A stretch of 64,000 nt of DNA from Candidatus Nitrosomirales archaeon (GTDB taxonomy: Archaea > Thermoproteota > Nitrososphaeria > Nitrososphaerales > UBA213), in assembly GCA_049199595.1 (NCBI GenBank), contig JBMCYV010000003.1, positions 28,421-92,420 on the forward strand, written 5' to 3'. The position numbers and the translations under genes are program-made. Of this stretch, positions 36,499 through 45,245 are shown in pieces (the stretch's first letter is position 1; each line of letters begins with the position of its first letter). The notes beneath the pieces are model-generated. The model was given only the letters and a program-made list of their open reading frames with translations, was not told the origin of the DNA and did no database searches.

Positions 36499-37107
36499 AT
36501 GAGTGACGATCATAGCGAAAAGATGATTATCGAAGATTCAGAAAAGCCAAGGAAAACTCGCAGTGTTACTTTTAGAATAGATTCTTCGGTAGTTGATGAT
36601 CTGCAGAAGGAAGCTGATGGAAAGGAGGTATCACTTAATGTTTTGGCAAACCAAGTTCTAAAGCGATTCGCGGAATGGGGTAGATACGAAAACAAATTGG
36701 ACATGATGCCGGTACCAAAAATGATGCTTACATCTTTGATAGATGAAGCTGTAACTCTAGCAAAGAAGGGTGGGATTAAAGACATTGATCCTTACAGAAA
36801 TGAAATCATTAAGCATGCTGCTAGGCTTGCGTTCAATATCCTCAAGGATTCTGTACTGTATATGAAGAAAAACTACAACCTGTGGGTAGTATTATCTGTC
36901 CTGCAGGAATACATGAAGGTGTCAGGAATAAATGCCGATCACGTAATTGAAGGAAGAAAACACATCTTCATAATACAGCATGAACTCGGGGAAAACTGGT
37001 CGTTATTCACTCAAGAACTGCTGAAATTGATCTTCGAAGAATTGGCTAAGGTTAGGATTGAAACCAGTATTACTGCAAAGACGACAAAGGCTGAGGTAAT
37101 ACTTTAG
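36499..37107 (+). CDS. Hypothetical protein with N-terminal ribbon-helix-helix (CopG/Arc-like) motif
   Basis: RSVTFRIDSSVVDDLQKEADGKEVSLNVLANQVLKRFAEW fits a beta-strand, helix, helix pattern. The rest is uncharacterised. Confidence 0.45.
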   Translation: MSDDHSEKMIIEDSEKPRKTRSVTFRIDSSVVDDLQKEADGKEVSLNVLANQVLKRFAEWGRYENKLDMMPVPKMMLTSLIDEAVTLAKKGGIKDIDPYRNEIIKHAARLAFNILKDSVLYMKKNYNLWVVLSVLQEYMKVSGINADHVIEGRKHIFIIQHELGENWSLFTQELLKLIFEELAKVRIETSITAKTTKAEVIL

Positions 37108-37123
37108 GTAGCTATTGATGAAC

Positions 37124-37531
37124 TCACATAAACTCAATGTGAAGCGTCTTGATCCTTCCCTCTAAATCTGAATTATGTTCTGTATCGAACTTGAATGTAA
37201 ACTTGCCCTGAAGTTTGTCTCCCTTTTCGAACGTGACAAGAGCCGTAACCTGATTGCCTTCTCTGCTCTCTTGTCTCTTTCCAGTAACAATAGTATGTTT
37301 TAGTTTGTCGTTAGCCATCAGCACGACTCTAAGAAAGGGTTCGATGGCTGACTTGCCTCGCAACCCGTAATCAGATTTGCTAAATGGTTCGTAAATAACA
37401 GCATCCTCGGCGAAGAGGTTCAGGAGTGCGTCAACATCCTTCTTCGTAACGAGTTTAAAATATTCTGATATTATGTCCTCTTCAGATACAACTGTTTTCT
37501 CTTTGCGCGTTTTCACCAAAGCATCAACCAT
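37124..37531 (-). CDS. NTF2/SnoaL-like fold protein
   Basis: 135 aa. DVDALLNLFAEDAVIYEP is typical of SnoaL/ketosteroid-isomerase-like N-termini. Confidence 0.5.
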   Translation of the reverse strand: MVDALVKTRKEKTVVSEEDIISEYFKLVTKKDVDALLNLFAEDAVIYEPFSKSDYGLRGKSAIEPFLRVVLMANDKLKHTIVTGKRQESREGNQVTALVTFEKGDKLQGKFTFKFDTEHNSDLEGRIKTLHIEFM

Positions 37532-37654
37532 CTTCCATTCTACCGAACTGATAGTTAATCATTAACTATGATTGATAAGTAACATGTTTGCAGTGTCTTG
37601 CAGAGAAGGCAACTGCCTGTGGTTGCGGACACACTTTCTAAATAATCTGCAGAC

Positions 37655-38086
37655 ATGATATCAGCCATGGCATTAGAAACCGTGTTGGAAAACATGCAGC
37701 AAGTAGAACAATCCGTCCTTCAGGAACCAAAGTCGCGAGAATGTGGGACAAGTCAGCAAGTAAGGTTCATAGGCGATTCTCAACTGAAGGAAGCTGATAT
37801 CCTGCAGGTAATAGGAGATGAGTACGCGAGAGCAATACTCTTGTCAATAATAGATAATCCCAAATCTGCCATAGACATCGCAAGAGAACAGAAAATTCCC
37901 ATCAGTTCCATATATAGAAAAATACATTGGCTGGAAAATGCACGCCTGATAAAGGTAAAGGGTTTTGTTATTACAGGCGATGGAAAGAAGTATCATCTAT
38001 ATCAGAGCAGGATCAGAACAATCCAGATATCACTACCAAAGTACGAGATCAAGGTAGAATTCGTGAACAACAATGGCTCAAGGTAG
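37655..38086 (+). CDS. ArsR-like winged-helix transcriptional regulator
   Basis: ILQVIGDEYARAILLSIIDNPKSAIDIAREQKIPISSIYRKIHWLENARLIKV is an HTH plus wing. Confidence 0.6.
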   Translation: MISAMALETVLENMQQVEQSVLQEPKSRECGTSQQVRFIGDSQLKEADILQVIGDEYARAILLSIIDNPKSAIDIAREQKIPISSIYRKIHWLENARLIKVKGFVITGDGKKYHLYQSRIRTIQISLPKYEIKVEFVNNNGSR

Positions 38087-38178
38087 TCGCAGGCGCACAA
38101 GCACAAGCATATGCATTTTTGTCTCTAGTTGAATTAGATATGTGCTCCTAATATATTAAAGAGAGTCGCAAAGAGAAT

Positions 38179-38631
38179 GTGAATAGTATGGTGGCGGACA
38201 AACCTGACATAAAGAAAATATTGGTTCCTCTAGATGGTTCCGAAACATCGTTCAAGACTGCAAGGCACGCACTTGCACTAGCGAAGAAGGAAAACGCGGC
38301 GGTAATGCTGTTGCACGTTAGTCAGATCCCACCATTTCCTAAATATCTGAAATCGCTCGATAAGTACCAGAAAGAAGTTCGAAGCCGTGCGGAGGAATGG
38401 TTCAGCAAGATAATGAACTTTCCAGAAAGTGCTGGTGTTGACATTAAGACCAGAGTTATTACTGCAGCCACATCAATTATAGGAACCATAGCAGAGGTTG
38501 CTGAAAATGAAGATATCGATCTTATCGTCATGGGTCCAAGAGGTATATCCAAGTTCTCAAAGTTATTACTGGGAAGCGTAACTAGTGGCGTTGTGAACCA
38601 TGCTCCATGTTCTGTTCTGGTTGTAAAGTAA
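38179..38631 (+). CDS. Universal stress protein (UspA family), paralog 2
   Basis: KKILVPLDGSETSFKTARHALALA ... DLIVMGPRGIS ... LLGSVTSGVVNHAPCSVLVV. It is collinear with 8951..9394 over its full length. Confidence 0.9.
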   Translation: MNSMVADKPDIKKILVPLDGSETSFKTARHALALAKKENAAVMLLHVSQIPPFPKYLKSLDKYQKEVRSRAEEWFSKIMNFPESAGVDIKTRVITAATSIIGTIAEVAENEDIDLIVMGPRGISKFSKLLLGSVTSGVVNHAPCSVLVVK

Positions 38632-38699
38632 TACCAGTTTGATTATCAGAATTAAAAATCGTATCGTGTCGTTAAATATAATGCAAAACAAACTATAAC

Positions 38700-39554
38700 A
38701 TGCAACAGTATTTGGAACTCAAAGCAAAGGACGTGAGCAGGAAACCGATCAAGCTTGAACCAAACAAGACTCTTTATGATGCACGCAATGCCATGCTCAG
38801 ATACAATATCAGTAGAATTGTGATTGCCAAGGATAGCAAGCCCTTGGGAATCATTACAGAGAAGGATATTGCAAGATTTCTATACAGAGAAACTCCAAAC
38901 AGAAGGCTTGACGAGATCAGGCTAGACCAGGCTATGAGTACAGATTTGATAACTGTTGATGAGGATAGTGACCTGAGAAAATGTGCAAAGTTGATGCTAG
39001 ACAAAGAGATCAGCTCTCTAATCGTTACAAATAACAAAGGCATGCTCAAGGGCATACTCACTAAAAGTGATCTTGCAGATACGTATGCGAGACATTATGT
39101 GGGGAAGAATTTGGTTTCAGATTACATGATTAGACCTGTCCACACCGTAGCACCAGACGAGACAACTCATATGGTCCTGACGCTAATGACCAACAATAAC
39201 GTGTCAAGGGTCGTGGTAGTAAGAAACAAGAAACCAGTTGGAATCATTACAGGACGTGATTTGCTACCGATGAGCGCATTATTGGGCGCAGACACATATG
39301 AAACAATCAGGAAAGCATTTCGTTCAACCAGGCAGGGGGAGATGATTGTGCCTTCGGGAATCAGCGCAGTCTTCCTCGCAAGGGATGTTATGAAACACGA
39401 TCCAATAACGATTAGCAAAGACTCTGACTTGGCCGAAGCCGCACAAATAATGACAACAAATAGAATAAGCGGACTTCCAGTTGTAGATTCCAACGATCAG
39501 TTGGTCGGTATAGTTACAAAAACTGACATAGTTAGAGCATTAGCTAATAAGTAA
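38700..39554 (+). CDS. Four-CBS-domain protein
   Basis: Four CBS repeats end in RIVIAKDSKPLGIITEKDI, SLIVTNNKGMLKGILTKSDL, RVVVVRNKKPVGIITGRDL and GLPVVDSNDQLVGIVTKTDI. Confidence 0.85.
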   Translation: MQQYLELKAKDVSRKPIKLEPNKTLYDARNAMLRYNISRIVIAKDSKPLGIITEKDIARFLYRETPNRRLDEIRLDQAMSTDLITVDEDSDLRKCAKLMLDKEISSLIVTNNKGMLKGILTKSDLADTYARHYVGKNLVSDYMIRPVHTVAPDETTHMVLTLMTNNNVSRVVVVRNKKPVGIITGRDLLPMSALLGADTYETIRKAFRSTRQGEMIVPSGISAVFLARDVMKHDPITISKDSDLAEAAQIMTTNRISGLPVVDSNDQLVGIVTKTDIVRALANK

Positions 39555-39577
39555 GAGGAAAAAATTAGTTTCACACA

Positions 39578-39865
39578 CTAAGGTTGTGCAACAATTGTGG
39601 CTTCATACATTCCTTTTTGGAACTTGACTGTAACCTTGCTTCCTTCTTGTATATCACAGTCCTTAACGGTCTTTGGAATCTCATCTGGAGTTTCAACAAC
39701 ACACTGGCCATTGGAGCTGTTTAGAATAGTGCCCTCTGCTGTTACTGTTTCCCTGATAAGATTAGATCCAGGAAATACAACAAGAGCCATGAATATAGCA
39801 GCACCGCCTGCAAGTATACCAAATAGCACAACTAGGCTTTTCGTGCTTGTAGTTTCAAATGACAT
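39578..39865 (-). CDS. Small N-terminally anchored hypothetical protein
   Basis: 95 aa. A TM segment (LVVLFGILAGGAAIFMALVVF) is followed by a short beta-rich domain with two Cys. Confidence 0.45.
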   Translation of the reverse strand: MSFETTSTKSLVVLFGILAGGAAIFMALVVFPGSNLIRETVTAEGTILNSSNGQCVVETPDEIPKTVKDCDIQEGSKVTVKFQKGMYEATIVAQP

Positions 39866-39947
39866 ATGTAGTGATTTACAGTTCCATACCTTTTAAATCA
39901 ACCATACAATTCTCAAGTGTGAAATTGAAACACCTCGGCAGTCAACG

Positions 39948-40118
39948 TTAGAAGTTCTCTGTTCCGTCTTGCAAGTCACTATGGCAACGAATGCACACAC
40001 CGCACCAGCCGCATACTTCCGGCGTTGTTTTACCGCACTTACTGCAGACACTGTCTTGATCATGCGTCTCAGGTTCATGATATGAATGAGGTGCTCGGAG
40101 TCTGACCATATAACTCAT
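39948..40118 (-). CDS. Possible 56-aa Cys-rich micro-protein (below the ORF-track cutoff)
   Basis: Hand translation gives MSYMVRLRAPHSYHEPETHDQDSVCSKCGKTTPEVCGWCGVCIRCHSDLQDGTENF, i.e. CxxC-x6-CxxCxxCxxCH. An A/T-rich TATA-like TTTTTTAAC lies about 20 nt upstream of the ATG. It overlaps, in another frame, the low-complexity track ORF 39893..40078. Confidence 0.3.
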   Translation of the reverse strand: MSYMVRLRAPHSYHEPETHDQDSVCSKCGKTTPEVCGWCGVCIRCHSDLQDGTENF

Positions 40119-40240
40119 CTATTACCTTTGGGTTAAAAAACACAACCACGATTTCTGGATTTGGTAATGGATATTCTGGGTTAGTGCAGATTCTTGCAGT
40201 GAATACATACACGCTTTATATCTTCACATCCTTGAAATGA

Positions 40241-40366
40241 TAGCAACGGCGCAACCTCGCAAGATACCCACCCGATCGGCATACGTCGGGAGTATTGTAC
40301 TGCTGTGACGCGGGCACGCAAGTAAACTCGGATAGTCCTCCGTGCCTGCGTCATCGGCCGTTGCTA
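40241..40366 (+). ncRNA. Candidate structured non-coding RNA of unknown class (~126 nt, GC-rich island)
   Basis: A 10-bp closing stem pairs TAGCAACGGC (40241-50) with GCCGTTGCTA (40357-66). An internal 12-14-bp helix pairs 40307-18 with 40341-52, including one G-U pair. A 5-bp helix pairs 40271-75 with 40286-90. A TATA-like CTTTATAT box at 40214-21 lies about 22 nt upstream, and a T5 run at 40390-94 lies downstream. No ORF is present. The strand assignment is tentative. Confidence 0.4.
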
Positions 40367-40443
40367 CTCTAGCCATTAACGCATTCTCATTTTTGAAAAT
40401 CATGTATAGTGTTTAAACGAAACTAATTCCAATACTCTGCAGA

Positions 40444-40812
40444 ATGAGTAGTACAAAAACACAGTTGACAAGCAGGTCAGTTCATGCAGAATTGATGAAC
40501 GCGTACAGAGATTTGTTAGAAAAGATCAAAAAAGACTTGCCAAACGTGGATCCAGAGCCGGTAATCAATTTGTTACGATACCAAACAAACTATCCTGAAA
40601 ATATTCCATGGATCAGACTTGAAATTACCTATAAACCATCCACAGAACCAAAGGCTAAGAAAGATAAACTAATCGAGAAAACTGGCAGATGTGCGGAGAT
40701 CAGGCATGGGAATGTCCTTGTAATAGATCATAGCATGACACTTAAGGATTTAGAGGAAATTGCAAGAGATGATGACGTGGAATACATCGTCGCAGACGTT
40801 CCCCCTTGTTAA
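40444..40812 (+). CDS. Hypothetical protein
   Basis: 122-aa ORF with normal composition. No motif was recognised. Confidence 0.45.
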   Translation: MSSTKTQLTSRSVHAELMNAYRDLLEKIKKDLPNVDPEPVINLLRYQTNYPENIPWIRLEITYKPSTEPKAKKDKLIEKTGRCAEIRHGNVLVIDHSMTLKDLEEIARDDDVEYIVADVPPC

Positions 40813-40971
40813 TTCCATATGATATAGCTTTCGTTGCAGAAGGAAACTGATCGATGATCTATACTTTTTCGCTAGCTAGACATCATCTTTCTCAAAAATG
40901 AGAATCAGCTTTGATAATCCTCTCTCCGTTTTAAATGTGCGTTTGACGAATAAAGTGCCGAGGTGTAAAAA

Positions 40972-41343
40972 GTGTCCAAGATCGAAAGTGTTAAGGAAGG
41001 ATTCAACGTACCTTCTGATCTATCCCTAGCGGGTGGAATAATCATAGTGCTAGCGGGAATAGCTTCATGGATTTGGCACACAGCATTCTTTTCGCAGATG
41101 AGTTGGATGATGGGCGGACCATGGTTCAACGCCATGATCGCAGGTACTTCCATAATTGGAATAGTTTCTGGCACACTGGTGATATTAGGTGCTCTCATGA
41201 TCGGTTTTAGGCCGCATGAAAGCCACATGTGGGGAGTAATGGTGCTGGTATTCTCCCTGCTTAGTATATTCGGAATGGGAGGTTTCTTGGTAGGTGCAGT
41301 TCTAGGGATAATAGGAGGTTCAATAGCGCTGACAAAGCGCTAA
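40972..41343 (+). CDS. Small integral membrane protein (about four TM segments)
   Basis: Four hydrophobic stretches are present (GGIIIVLAGIASWIW; AMIAGTSIIGIVSGTLVILGALMIGF; WGVMVLVFSLLSIF; FLVGAVLGIIGGSIAL). GTG start. Confidence 0.5.
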   Translation: MSKIESVKEGFNVPSDLSLAGGIIIVLAGIASWIWHTAFFSQMSWMMGGPWFNAMIAGTSIIGIVSGTLVILGALMIGFRPHESHMWGVMVLVFSLLSIFGMGGFLVGAVLGIIGGSIALTKR

Positions 41344-41364
41344 CCCATATTTTTTGGTGATAAT

Positions 41365-41658
41365 ATGTCATTGAAGCATGAAAGAGAACCATTGATGGAT
41401 GTAATTAGTTTAGATGATGCAGTTATAGTCATAGCCGAAATTCCAAGTGTCAGCAAGGAACACATCAGGGTCACTGCAACAGAAAATAATATTACTCTAG
41501 ATACAGAAACTCCCGAAAGAAAGTATCATAAGGAAACTGAATTGCCAGAAGCAATAGAACCAAACAGTGCCAAATCGACTTACAGGAATGGTATATTAGA
41601 AATAACTTTTAAGAGAAGGAAGAAGAAAGAATCAGGTGTATCAATCAAGGTTGAGTGA
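41365..41658 (+). CDS. Short Hsp20/alpha-crystallin-domain protein
   Basis: DVISLDDAVIVIAEIPSVSKEHIRVTATENNITLD...YHKETELPEAIEPNSAKSTYRNGILEITFKRRKK matches the ACD pattern (V..dLPG......I.v......L.I......F.r...LP..vd....a.y.nGvL.i..pK). Confidence 0.65.
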   Translation: MSLKHEREPLMDVISLDDAVIVIAEIPSVSKEHIRVTATENNITLDTETPERKYHKETELPEAIEPNSAKSTYRNGILEITFKRRKKKESGVSIKVE

Positions 41659-41843
41659 GTTGAGTACAGCTAGTGTGGACGTCGTACAGACGGGAAGTAT
41701 AACAGGCAAGTCACCATATATTCTGATTGGACGCCAAACCCTTCCTCCTTCAAAGTCGTCCGAATATTGTTCACAACAGTATCTACATCCTTGCTAGTTT
41801 CTACTGTACGGTCAAATGAATCACTTGACATACGGATCACAAA

Positions 41844-43313
41844 CTATTCTTCAAGTTCCTGTATGAACTGGCCATGCCACCAGTGGTACCATATGTCTCC
41901 AGTGAAGCCATTTACACTAAGCATGCCAGATATCTTTCCATCCTTTTCCGTATGCACCGTATAGTATCCATAGAACTGATCAACATCTTCTACGCTAGTT
42001 CCTGCAAAGTTTGTGTCAAGATATGATTGAGCTAAAGACTCAGCTTTATCTTTTGTTATTGTCATTCCTGTTGTTAGCTGGAACTGCATCATGCTATACT
42101 TTGCGTTCCACATCATGTTCGGTCCTGGTTCAGGATGCATTATACCAGTCATCATTGCTCCTGCGGTATCTTTCCACACAACCATCTCGAATGCTCCTAC
42201 GTTAGTATCCTTCTCATATACTATGAAGTAAAAATTCCTCTCGAACTCCAGAATGTCCTTAATTGCAAGATTTGGATCATTAAGTGTCTGGACAAAGTCC
42301 TCTGCTTCTTTCTTAACATTTTCAATTGTTAATGGTTGCACTGTCTGTATGTTCATCATTCCCATAGAACCCATCGGCCATGTTTGATTCCACATCATCG
42401 ATCCCATCATTACAGGACCCATTCCCTTCCATCCCATCATTCCGGGCCCCATCATGCCTTGACCCATCATGGGTCCCATCATCTGTCCCATCATGGGACC
42501 TTGCATCATGTCTTGGCCAGCAAATGGACCCATCATCATCGGACCCATAAAGCCGAATCCACCTCCACCCATCATTGGTTCCATACCCATCATGCCTTGC
42601 GCCTGGTGCATGCTTGACATGTATTTCTGCATCAGTGCCATACCTTGACTCATGTTATTGATTCCCTGCATCATCATGGGCATATTTTGTTGACCCATCA
42701 TTCCTTGATTTTGCATATTCATCATCGTCTGCCTTCCCTGCATCATTGCATTTGCAGCATCAAGCATGTTTTGACGAGATTGCATCATGTTGTTGAAGCC
42801 CTGCATCATTGGGTCGCTAGCAGAAGGTGGCAGCTGCATCTGCTGCATCCCGTTCGATCCTTGTTGCATCATATCAAAGCCCTGCTGCATCATAGTAGAA
42901 CCTAAATTCATCATAGCATTTCCTCGCGTTGCATTCTGTGCCATCATATCTTGCGCTTGCAACATCATGTTTGATCCTTGTTGCATCATGGCCGCTCCCT
43001 GCATGAACGAAGACGAAGACTGTGTAAAACCCATCATGGATTCAAGAGTTGGAGTACCCGAAGTTTGAGTACCAGTTGTAGCTTTCAAACTGGCAACCTC
43101 AGCCTGCAACGAGTTTATCTGGTTCTGCTGATTTTGTAATTGTTGCTGTAGAGGTACACTAAGAATACCATATCCAATTCCCAAACCTATAAGGAATACA
43201 CCTACAGCAATTCCGATTATTAGCCCCTTGTTATTCACGGTGTCTTTTGAACTAATAATAGGTATTAAACTTATTCCACGTTTTTTAATACTGGTAATTG
43301 CATTTTTCATCAA
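41844..43313 (-). CDS. Membrane-anchored, extremely Met/Gln/Gly-rich protein with two C-terminal PepSY-like domains
   Basis: 489-aa ORF. It has an N-terminal TM segment (LIIGIAVGVFLIGLGIGYGIL) and a Q-rich coiled segment. Residues 91-320 contain 68 Met by hand count, mostly as MM dipeptides (MMQQG, MMGP, PMMM). The C-terminal ~165 aa hold two PepSY-like units (..AFEMVVWKD..; ..GMLSVNGFTGDIWYH). Confidence 0.8.
   Translation of the reverse strand: MMKNAITSIKKRGISLIPIISSKDTVNNKGLIIGIAVGVFLIGLGIGYGILSVPLQQQLQNQQNQINSLQAEVASLKATTGTQTSGTPTLESMMGFTQSSSSFMQGAAMMQQGSNMMLQAQDMMAQNATRGNAMMNLGSTMMQQGFDMMQQGSNGMQQMQLPPSASDPMMQGFNNMMQSRQNMLDAANAMMQGRQTMMNMQNQGMMGQQNMPMMMQGINNMSQGMALMQKYMSSMHQAQGMMGMEPMMGGGGFGFMGPMMMGPFAGQDMMQGPMMGQMMGPMMGQGMMGPGMMGWKGMGPVMMGSMMWNQTWPMGSMGMMNIQTVQPLTIENVKKEAEDFVQTLNDPNLAIKDILEFERNFYFIVYEKDTNVGAFEMVVWKDTAGAMMTGIMHPEPGPNMMWNAKYSMMQFQLTTGMTITKDKAESLAQSYLDTNFAGTSVEDVDQFYGYYTVHTEKDGKISGMLSVNGFTGDIWYHWWHGQFIQELEE
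42354..43040 (-). repeat. Low-complexity ATG-rich coding tract (Met-rich region of 41844..43313)
   Basis: Dense ATGATG / CATCAT content generates the His-rich antisense ORFs in the track (42336..42617, 42645..42905, 42787..43068). Confidence 0.8.
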
Positions 43314-43490
43314 TACTCTTTGATTGATAGTCTAGCGCTAACATAGTTTTCAATAGTGAAAATCGTGTCAGGATTAATTAGAAGGACAACGAAATAAGTG
43401 GTGTTGCAAGAACATCGACGAATTCAAAATGAGCTCTGCCAATTGCACATCGATAATCTTAAGACATAGTAAAACAGGATGAAATGTTGT

Positions 43491-43946
43491 ATGTACAAAA
43501 AGATCCTTGTTCCAATAGATGGTTCTAAAATGGCACATAAAGCATTCAAGCATGCATTGTCTATTGCCAAAGCATTCAATGCACAGATTATTTTGCTGAC
43601 GGTAATTCCAGAAAATGTCGTACCTGCGGGTGCTTATAGGACATGGACCCATCCATCAATGGTAAGGCGCAGTGTACATGAAATAATAACAATAGCACGA
43701 GAGGAAGCTACCGACTTTCTGACCGAAAGTATGAAAGAATGTGAGAAGAGAGAAGTGAAGGCATCATATAAAATATCCACGGGCGATACTGCGTCAATAA
43801 TAATCGAAACTGCTGACAAGAAAAAAGTAGATTTGGTTGTTATGGGGAGTGTTGGATTAACAGGTATTAAAAAATTCAAAGCTTTGGGAAGTGTCTCTAG
43901 GAAAGTATCTGAGAATGTGTCATGTCCTACACTTATAGTTCGCTAG
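43491..43946 (+). CDS. Universal stress protein (UspA family), paralog 3
   Basis: MYKKILVPIDGSKMAHKAFKHAL ... DLVVMGSVGLTG ... LGSVSRKVSENVSCPTLIV. Confidence 0.85.
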   Translation: MYKKILVPIDGSKMAHKAFKHALSIAKAFNAQIILLTVIPENVVPAGAYRTWTHPSMVRRSVHEIITIAREEATDFLTESMKECEKREVKASYKISTGDTASIIIETADKKKVDLVVMGSVGLTGIKKFKALGSVSRKVSENVSCPTLIVR

Positions 43947-43957
43947 TTACTATAGCC

Positions 43958-44299
43958 ATGATCCGAATTGATATGACCACTAATAACGATGCTAAAACAA
44001 ACCCGTCACGTTTTGAGGTTATACTATTCTTAGGCGCTATGGTTCCTGGGGTTCTGATGTTCTGGTTTTTTGATCTTCCAGAAGCAATAGGTTCTAACCC
44101 AGCCTATACCACTCAACGTGTTGCATTATTCTCGGTAGTAGTAATTACGCTTGCAATAGCAATTATTGATTTCTTGGGAACGAAGCATCATCCATCACTT
44201 AGATCAGTAATGAGAACAATAACTGCAATAGTTTATGGACTTGACATAGGTGGAGGATTTGTTTTTGCAGTTACTATACTGCAAAGTTTGGGTCTTTAG
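43958..44299 (+). CDS. Small integral membrane protein
   Basis: Three to four hydrophobic segments are present (VILFLGAMVPGVLMFWFF; VALFSVVVITLAIAIIDFLG; ITAIVYGLDIGGGFVFAVTIL). The start is uncertain: the track ORF starts at 43922 and overlaps the usp gene. Confidence 0.4.
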   Translation: MIRIDMTTNNDAKTNPSRFEVILFLGAMVPGVLMFWFFDLPEAIGSNPAYTTQRVALFSVVVITLAIAIIDFLGTKHHPSLRSVMRTITAIVYGLDIGGGFVFAVTILQSLGL

Positions 44300-44335
44300 T
44301 TGCATTTATAAATTTATTATGCTAATATTAAACAG

Positions 44336-45193
44336 ATGAAAGACAAAATATGTCTTGTAACTGGTGCTAATTCCGGCATCGGCAAGGCGACTGCTCTTGG
44401 ACTGGCCAAGATGGGTGCTACTGTTGTGATGGTTTGTCGCGACCGTACGCGCGGGGAGGAAGCACGCACTGAAATCAAGAATGCCAGTAATAACCCATCG
44501 ATTGACTTGATGCTAGCCGATCTTTCTTCGCAAGCCGCTGTCCGTCAACTTGCGCAAGATTTCCGAGAGAAGTATCAGCAATTGCATGTGCTGGTGAACA
44601 ATGCTGGCGTGGCTCCGATGAAGCGTTCCTTGACCGTGGACGGACTTGAAACAACATTTGCGGTGAACCATCTGGCTCCTTTTCTTCTCACTAACTTGCT
44701 TTTGGATGTGATCAAGGCTAGCGCTCCGTCCAGGATTGTCAACGTCTCATCATCGGCACATACGCGTATGAAGATGGACTTCGATGACTTGCAGGGGGAG
44801 AAGAATTTTGGCATGTTTCGCGCGTACAGCCAATCCAAGTTGGCGAATGTTCTCTTTACATATGAGCTTGCTAGGAAATTAGAGGGAACAGGAGTTACTG
44901 TCAACGCTCTCCATCCGGGCGTTGTAAGGACGAATTTGGGACGAGACAGCACTGGCATCGTTCGCTTGGGCTTTTTGGCAATGGGACCATTCATTAGAAC
45001 ACCGGAACAAGGCGCGGCAACCTGCATTTACTTGGCATATTCTCCAGAAGTTGAGAATGTGAGCGGCAAATATTTTGTCAACAAAAAGGAAGTACCATCG
45101 TCCAAAGAATCGTATGAGGAAGCAGTTGCACAGCGTCTTTGGGAAGTAAGCGAGCAGTTGACACAGCTTGCCTCAACCCACAGTACAAGGTAG
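44336..45193 (+). CDS. Short-chain dehydrogenase/reductase (classical SDR, retinol-dehydrogenase-like)
   Basis: It has the cofactor motif TGANSGIGKATA, plus NNAG and the catalytic YSQSKLANV. Confidence 0.9.
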   Translation: MKDKICLVTGANSGIGKATALGLAKMGATVVMVCRDRTRGEEARTEIKNASNNPSIDLMLADLSSQAAVRQLAQDFREKYQQLHVLVNNAGVAPMKRSLTVDGLETTFAVNHLAPFLLTNLLLDVIKASAPSRIVNVSSSAHTRMKMDFDDLQGEKNFGMFRAYSQSKLANVLFTYELARKLEGTGVTVNALHPGVVRTNLGRDSTGIVRLGFLAMGPFIRTPEQGAATCIYLAYSPEVENVSGKYFVNKKEVPSSKESYEEAVAQRLWEVSEQLTQLASTHSTR

Positions 45194-45245
45194 CAGCAAA
45201 ATGGAAAAAGACATGAAACCAAGATCTTCGCTAGAATGATCAGAG

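Noticed and set aside
39893-40078. 61-aa track ORF (MNLRRMIKTVSAVSAVKQRRKYAAGAV...).
   Set aside because: It has an Ala/Val/Arg-biased composition typical of an off-frame. The alternative 56-aa frame on the same strand (39948..40118) has an ordered CxxC pattern and a TATA-like element. Even that ORF is reported only at low confidence.
40241-40366. Whether the GC-rich structured element is a 5S rRNA, a tRNA with a long intron, an SRP RNA or RNase P RNA fragment, or a C/D or H/ACA guide.
   Set aside because: It has no T-loop (GTTCxAATC) or anticodon arm. It lacks the conserved 5S loop sequences, it is too short for SRP or RNase P RNA, and it has no RUGAUGA/CUGA or ACA boxes. It is therefore left as an unknown-class ncRNA candidate.
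42336-43068. Three His-rich ORFs on the + strand (42336..42617, 42645..42905, 42787..43068).
   Set aside because: They are the antisense reading (CAT repeats) of the ATG-rich tract of the Met-rich gene 41844..43313. That gene has a coherent signal/TM segment, low-complexity region and PepSY-like architecture. The plus-strand ORFs have no start context and pure low-complexity composition.
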